Part shown: in pieces, positions 7,407-11,940 of the stretch | How positions within the stretch are numbered: position 1 is the first letter of the stretch | Layout: every line of letters begins with the position of its first letter | Virus record (IMG/VR): IMGVR_UViG_2703718835_000003 | Strand: one strand, 5' to 3' | DNA: 11,940 bases | Source: a virus | Lineage: Duplodnaviria > Heunggongvirae > Uroviricota > Caudoviricetes | Notes under the pieces: model-generated | Databases searched by the model: none | Seen by the model: the letters and a program-made list of their open reading frames with translations, nothing else | What the model was told of the DNA's origin: nothing | Position numbers and translations under genes: made by a program

Positions 7407-7790
7407 TTAGAACTGAGTAGCGTTTTCGATGATATTGGCTTTATAGGCTTTCTCTTGTTCAAAAGTCATAGAGCCACTTTTCTTACACTCATTCCCGCCA
7501 GCATCAATTTTGTAACCTTGATCGCGTGTGACGTTCAGAAGCGTGACCCTTTTTATTGTCTCCGGCTTCCATTTATTCATGAAATAGTCATTACATATCC
7601 AGTCAAACATGGCGGTAGCCATATTCTGCGTCACTTTTGAACGGTCATATCTGACAGTGAGTTCACCATTTTTAAGACTATGCTCACGAGCATTTGTGCC
7701 AGCAATGACATTCTCAATCGAAACCGGAATCTTGTCTGCATAGGAGCTGGCGCTGGTAAGAAGTAATAAGGCAATTAGAGATTTTTTCAC
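7407..7790 (-). CDS. Hypothetical secreted/periplasmic protein with Sec-type signal peptide (prophage cargo gene, unknown function)
   Basis: 127-aa ORF with GTG start at 7790 preceded by AAAGGGA 8 nt upstream on the minus strand. N-terminus MKKSLIALLLLTSASSYA|DK is a classic signal peptide with an A-x-A-like cleavage site and no lipobox cysteine. The mature part has two Cys. Visibly more AT-rich than the flanking tail genes (not computed). I do not recognise the family. Confidence 0.7.
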   Translation of the reverse strand: MKKSLIALLLLTSASSYADKIPVSIENVIAGTNAREHSLKNGELTVRYDRSKVTQNMATAMFDWICNDYFMNKWKPETIKRVTLLNVTRDQGYKIDAGGNECKKSGSMTFEQEKAYKANIIENATQF

Positions 7791-7842
7791 GTCGGTAGTC
7801 CCTTTAATGGATAAATGTCTGTCGCCATTTTGCCGCCACTAC

Positions 7843-7876
7843 TAAATAAAAAGGGGCTACGTTTTCACGTAACCCC
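7843..7876 (-). terminator. Rho-independent terminator downstream of ssrA
   Basis: On the minus strand: GGGGUUACG / loop UGAAAA / CGUAGCCCC (9-bp stem, one G.U pair) followed by UUUUUAUUU. Stem at 7853-7876, U tract at 7843-7852. Confidence 0.8.
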
Positions 7877-7886
7877 TTGTTTTGTT

Positions 7887-8249
7887 TGGTGGAGCTGGCG
7901 GGAGTTGAACCCGCGTCCGAAATTCCTACATCCTCGGTACTACATGCTTAGTCAGTCTTTACATTCGCTTGCCAGCTGCGGACGGACACGCCACTAACAA
8001 ACTAGCCTGATTAAGTTTTAACGCTTCAACCCCAGGCAGGGCTTCCACGCGATCTCTTTTGGGTTTGACCTCTCTTGATCCCCGTCCTAAGAGCGGAGGC
8101 TAGGGAGAGAGGGCTCTAAGCAGGTTATTAAGCTGCTAAAGCGTAGTTTTCGTCGTTTGCGACTATTTTTTGCGGCTTTTTACGAGGCCAACCGCCCCTC
8201 GGCATGCACCTTGGGTTTCGCAAATCCCGTCGAATCCAGAATCAGCCCC
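7887..8249 (-). ncRNA. ssrA: tmRNA (transfer-messenger RNA, SsrA), 363 nt
   Basis: The reverse complement begins GGGGCTGATTCTGGATTCGACGGG (5' end at 8249) and ends GGGTTCAACTCCCGCCAGCTCCACCA (3' end at 7887). The tag reading frame GCA AAC GAC GAA AAC TAC GCT TTA GCA GCT TAA (ANDENYALAA) is intact at 8128-8160. Confidence 0.97.
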
Positions 8250-8463
8250 AATGTGTAACGGTAAGTATACCAGATTTATGAGCGCCATGACCAGCCTCAA
8301 TGGCGTTATCATTAAAGATTTAGCACCCATGTAGCCTGATTTTTATTCGATTAAGCAATGGGATGGCAACATTTGTGTTGGATGTGATAGCCAATAAGAT
8401 GTTCATTCGCGCCGCCGGAGAGGGAGGCGCGGTGAGGAACTGGTCAATAATTGGACTACAGGT

Positions 8464-8946
8464 TTAACGGTGGGCGTTTTTCATGATACGCGCTTTATCC
8501 ACCTGCCATTCGCGTTCTTTGATGTCTGAACGTTTATCGTGCTGTTTCTTACCTTTGGCGACGCCGATTTTCACTTTGCACCAGGCATTTTTCCAGTATA
8601 GGGAGAGCGCCACTACGGTATAGCCTTCTCGATTGACGCGACCGTACAATGAGTCCAGTTCGCGCTGGTTGAGAAGTAACTTGCGGGTACGGGTAGGATC
8701 GCACACCACATGCGTGGAGGCCACGGCCATTGGCGTGATGTTAGCGCCAAACAGAAATGCCTCTCCGTCACGCAGAAGGACGTAGCTGTCGCTGATATTG
8801 GCTTTTCCTGCGCGTAGGGATTTAACCTCCCAGCCTTGCAGGGCAAGTCCCGCTTCGAACTCTTCTTCGATAAAGTATTCGTGACGGGCGCGCTTGTTAA
8901 GCGCGATGGTCGCTGAACCAAGTTTATGTGCTTTTTTCTTCGTCAT
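8464..8946 (-). CDS. smpB: SsrA-binding protein SmpB
   Basis: 160-aa product [73 protein letters not shown]..., essentially E. coli SmpB from memory. Directly upstream of and co-directional with ssrA. Confidence 0.97.
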   Translation of the reverse strand: MTKKKAHKLGSATIALNKRARHEYFIEEEFEAGLALQGWEVKSLRAGKANISDSYVLLRDGEAFLFGANITPMAVASTHVVCDPTRTRKLLLNQRELDSLYGRVNREGYTVVALSLYWKNAWCKVKIGVAKGKKQHDKRSDIKEREWQVDKARIMKNAHR

Positions 8947-9077
8947 AAGCGTCGTGAATCATCGGTAATCTGAAATCGAAAACACCCCATATCAATCCTG
9001 CGGGGGACAAGGCTCTATCTTAGCATGAACCCGATGTTACCCAGCGCCGGGATAGCGTTTTTTTTACAGCAGGATAA

Positions 9078-9554
9078 ATGATATTATTTGTTGGATTTTT
9101 GTTGATGGAAATTGTTATGCCTCAGATTAGCCGGACCGCACTGGTACCCTACAGCGCGGAGCAAATGTATCAGTTAGTGAATGACGTTCAGTCTTATCCT
9201 CAGTTTTTGCCGGGTTGTACCGGAAGTCGGATTCTGGAGTCCACTCCTGGGCAGATGACTGCGGCGGTAGATGTCTCTAAGGCTGGGATCAGCAAAACGT
9301 TTACTACCCGCAACCAGTTGACCAGTAACCAAAGTATTCTTATGAATCTGGTGGATGGGCCGTTCAAGAAATTGATTGGTGGATGGAAGTTTACGCCGCT
9401 GAGCCAGGAGGCGTGTCGTATCGAGTTTCATCTCGACTTTGAGTTTACCAATAAGTTGATTGAACTCGCCTTTGGTCGCGTGTTTAAAGAGCTGGCGGCT
9501 AATATGGTCCAGGCTTTTACGGTTCGTGCGAAAGAGGTTTACAGTGCCAGGTAA
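9078..9554 (+). CDS. ratA: Ribosome association toxin RatA (YfjG; SRPBCC/polyketide cyclase-like fold)
   Basis: 158-aa ORF ...[42 protein letters not shown]... matching E. coli RatA from memory; divergent from smpB. The true start may be the internal ATG at 9117 (MPQISR...). Confidence 0.9.
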   Translation: MILFVGFLLMEIVMPQISRTALVPYSAEQMYQLVNDVQSYPQFLPGCTGSRILESTPGQMTAAVDVSKAGISKTFTTRNQLTSNQSILMNLVDGPFKKLIGGWKFTPLSQEACRIEFHLDFEFTNKLIELAFGRVFKELAANMVQAFTVRAKEVYSAR

Positions 9555-9834
9555 AATTGCCGTTGAGGTGGCTTATGCGCTACCTGAGAAGCAGTACCTG
9601 CAGCGAGTGACGCTGCAGGAGGGCGCGACGGTTGAAGAAGCTATTCGCGCCAGTGGCTTGCTGGAATTGCGTACCGATATCGATTTAACTAAAAACAAAG
9701 TCGGCATTTACAGCCGTCCGGCAAAACTAAGCGATAGTGTGCATGATGGCGATCGGGTGGAGATTTATCGCCCTCTCATTGCCGATCCGAAAGAGCTTCG
9801 CAGGCAACGAGCAGAAAAATCAGCGAATAAATAA
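9544..9834 (+). CDS. ratB: RatB (YfjF), small protein co-transcribed with ratA
   Basis: GTG at 9544 gives [64 protein letters not shown]...; it overlaps the ratA stop by 11 nt. The longer ORF-track start at 9460 overlaps ratA by 95 nt and is less likely. Confidence 0.8.
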
Positions 9835-9841
9835 CAGACAG

Positions 9842-9870
9842 AAAAAAGGTGCTCATTGAGCACCTTTTTT
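9842..9870. terminator. Bidirectional rho-independent terminator between ratB (+) and bamE (-)
   Basis: AAAAAA-GGTGCTC-ATT-GAGCACC-TTTTTT: perfect 7-bp stem flanked by A6 and T6, between convergent genes. Confidence 0.85.
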
Positions 9871-9895
9871 AACGTCTTTGAGAGCAACTTTATTA

Positions 9896-10237
9896 TTAGT
9901 TACCACTCAGCGCAGGTTTGTTATCAATATTGGTCAACACACCGCTACTGTTAAAGGTCAGCGTCAGCGTTTGCTGAGTTACACCTTCATGACCTGGTTG
10001 CTGGCGGAAGACATAGAACCAGGTATTCGTACCAAATGGATCGGACATCAGCGGTGTACCCAATGCGTACGCAACTTGTTGTTGCGTCATGCCAACACGT
10101 ATTTTGGATACGTCGTTAGCGGTCAGATAGTTCCCCTGGTTGATGTCAGGACGGTAAACCACTCGCTCCAGAGTGGAACAGCCTGCGGTCAACATCAATA
10201 GTACTGCTGCTGCAGCAGTCAGCGTTTTACAGCGCAT
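9896..10237 (-). CDS. bamE: Outer membrane protein assembly factor BamE (SmpA) lipoprotein
   Basis: 113-aa product [55 protein letters not shown]... with lipobox LTAGC; RBS AAGGAA upstream on the minus strand. Confidence 0.95.
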
Positions 10238-10385
10238 AGTGATTTGATTCCTTTTCGGGCCCGAGCAGTACGTGGCTCATCTGTAATATGCCGATGATAA
10301 TAGACCTTTCATCACTTTAAAACCTTTTGCTTTCCGGTCTTACGGCGTTTTGCTGTTTACTCTGACCGTGAAGCAGGAAAAAAGT

Positions 10386-11940
10386 TTACGCTGCAAGCAG
10401 TTCTTTCGCATTCGCCAGTGTATTACGTGTGACTTCACTGCCACCAAGCAGGCGCGCCAGCTCTTGTAACCGCGCTTTTTTATTCAGGGATTGCATATGC
10501 GTTTCTGTCATCGCACCATCGGTTTCTTTGCTGACAAAATAGTGTTGATGACCACATCCCGCGACTTGTGGCAGGTGGGTAACACACATCACCTGAGTTG
10601 ATTCGCCGAGTTGACGCAGCAGTTTGCCGACAACTGCCGCTGTTGGACCGCTAATCCCTACATCCACTTCATCAAAAATCAGTGCCGGGGTTTCCATTTT
10701 ACGCGCCGTGATGACCTGGATTGCCAGTGCGATGCGGGACAATTCACCACCGGATGCGACTTTGGCAATAGGCTGCATTGGCTGACCTGGGTTGGTGGTT
10801 ACCCGAAACTCAATACGATCGGCACCGTCAGCGCCCAGGTGATGCTCGTCAAATTTAACATCGATCGTAAACTGCCCATGCGGCATTGAGAGCGCATGCA
10901 TACTGTCGGTGATCAGCTGTGCAAGTTCTTCTGCATATTGCTGGCGTTGTTGGTGTAATGCGCGCGCGATTTCCAGTGCCTGCTGATGATGTTTCGTTAC
11001 CGCCAGCGCAAGCGTTTCTTGTGAGTCGGCCTGATCGTCCAGTTGCTGCTGTTCTTCCAGTAGCGACTGGTAATACTGTGGCAATGCCTCAGGGCTGACG
11101 TGATGTTTACGTGCCAGCGAAATCTGTTTTGAGATGCGCTGTTCAAGTTCAAATAGTCGGTTGGGATCGAGATCCAGACGATCGCAGTAGTGGCGCAGTT
11201 CATCGCTGGCTTCAGCAATCTGGATGGTAGCTTCTTCCAGCATATCAAGTACGCCGGACAGTTTGCTGTCCATGCCAATCAATTCGCTCACCAGTTGTTT
11301 AGCCGTGTAAAGCTGACTTTGCAGGTTTGCGTCTTCACCGTCGGCCATTAATGCCAATGCATTCTGGCTGGTGGTCAGCAATTGACCGCTGTTCGCCAGA
11401 CGTTTGTACTCTTCGTCGATTTGTTCAAACTCTCCGGGCTGCGGATTAAATTCGTTAAGTTCTTTTAATTGGTATTGCAGCAGTTCCGCACGGGCAGCGC
11501 GTTCCTGACTTAACTGTTGATGATGCGCGAGGTCACGGCAGCTTTGATGCCACAACTGATAACGTGCTGTCATTTCCTGGAGTAGAGAGGTTTCATTGGC
11601 ATAGCCATCAAGCAGGAACTTTTGGTGCTCGGGTTTGGTGAGTAACTGATGAGCGTGCTGACCATGGATCTGAATCAGCAACTGACCCAGTTCGCGCAGT
11701 TGTGACAGAGGAACAGCTGTACCGTTGATGAAACCACGGGAGCGACCATCGCTGCTGATCACGCGACGAAGCAAACATTCATGCCCGTCTTCAAGCTGGT
11801 TTTCTTCCAGCCAGCGCAGAGCCGCTGGCGTATCTTTCAGAGAAAAACGGGCGCACAGGTCAGCGCGAGCAGCGCCGGTACGCACCATGTCGGCTTCAGC
11901 GCGACCACCGAGACAAAGACCGAGGGCATCTATTGCAATA
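10386..11940 (-). CDS. recN: DNA repair protein RecN (partial; N-terminus lies beyond the window end)
   Basis: C-terminal ...[19 protein letters not shown] with stop at 10386-10388. The minus-strand frame stays open upstream of the ORF-track Met at 11888 (reads ...[28 protein letters not shown]...), consistent with the E. coli RecN N-terminal region. Confidence 0.95.

Larger units (their letters stand above)
1..7886. mobile_element. Right arm of a P2-like prophage (invertase, FI, FII, E/E', T, U, D, ogr, cargo gene) ending at the ssrA 3' end
   Basis: Gene order and protein similarity to P2 FI-FII-E-T-U-D-ogr; direct abutment to the 3' end of ssrA, a known integration site. The right boundary is inferred, since no second att copy is in the window, and the left boundary lies outside it. 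Confidence 0.8.

Noticed and set aside
7401-7640. 79-aa ORF on the plus strand
   Set aside because: Fully antisense to the cargo gene, which has a good RBS and signal peptide; the product has no recognisable features and no RBS.
7815-7997. 60-aa ORF on the plus strand
   Set aside because: Overlaps the ssrA terminator and the 3' part of the tmRNA gene on the opposite strand; an ORF-caller artefact.
8613-8921. 102-aa ORF nested in smpB, alternative frame
   Set aside because: Nested out of frame within the highly conserved smpB coding sequence; no independent support.
9174-11278. Antisense or nested ORFs in host genes (9174..9431 minus, 9878..10201 plus, 10611..10889 plus, 10997..11278 minus)
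   Set aside because: Each overlaps a conserved host gene (ratA, bamE, recN) on the opposite strand or in another frame.
1-11940. CRISPR array, tRNA or rRNA genes, integrase, toxin-antitoxin or defence operon in the prophage arm
   Set aside because: I looked for direct-repeat/spacer periodicity, tRNA-like cloverleaf ends other than the tmRNA tRNA-like domain, and multi-gene cargo islands. None was found; the only non-structural prophage cargo is the single signal-peptide gene at 7407..7790.

Overview
This window spans the junction between the right arm of a P2-like (Peduovirus-type) prophage and a conserved Escherichia-type chromosomal locus. Positions 1 to about 7886 are prophage: the 3' end of a Hin/Gin/Pin-family DNA invertase gene, a P2-type late promoter region, then the co-directional tail module FI (sheath), FII (tube), E with its -1 frameshift product E+E', T (tape measure), U, D and the zinc-finger late activator ogr. 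Between ogr and the host junction sits one oppositely oriented, visibly AT-richer cargo gene encoding a 127-aa signal-peptide protein I cannot assign to a family; this is the best candidate for something undescribed, but it is a single gene, not a demonstrated system. The junction is the 3' end of ssrA (tmRNA, minus strand, 7887..8249), followed by host genes smpB, ratA, ratB, bamE and the 3' portion of recN. No CRISPR array, rRNA, tRNA or integrase lies in the window. All homology statements rest on reading the supplied translations against remembered P2 and E. coli proteins; no database search or computation was run.
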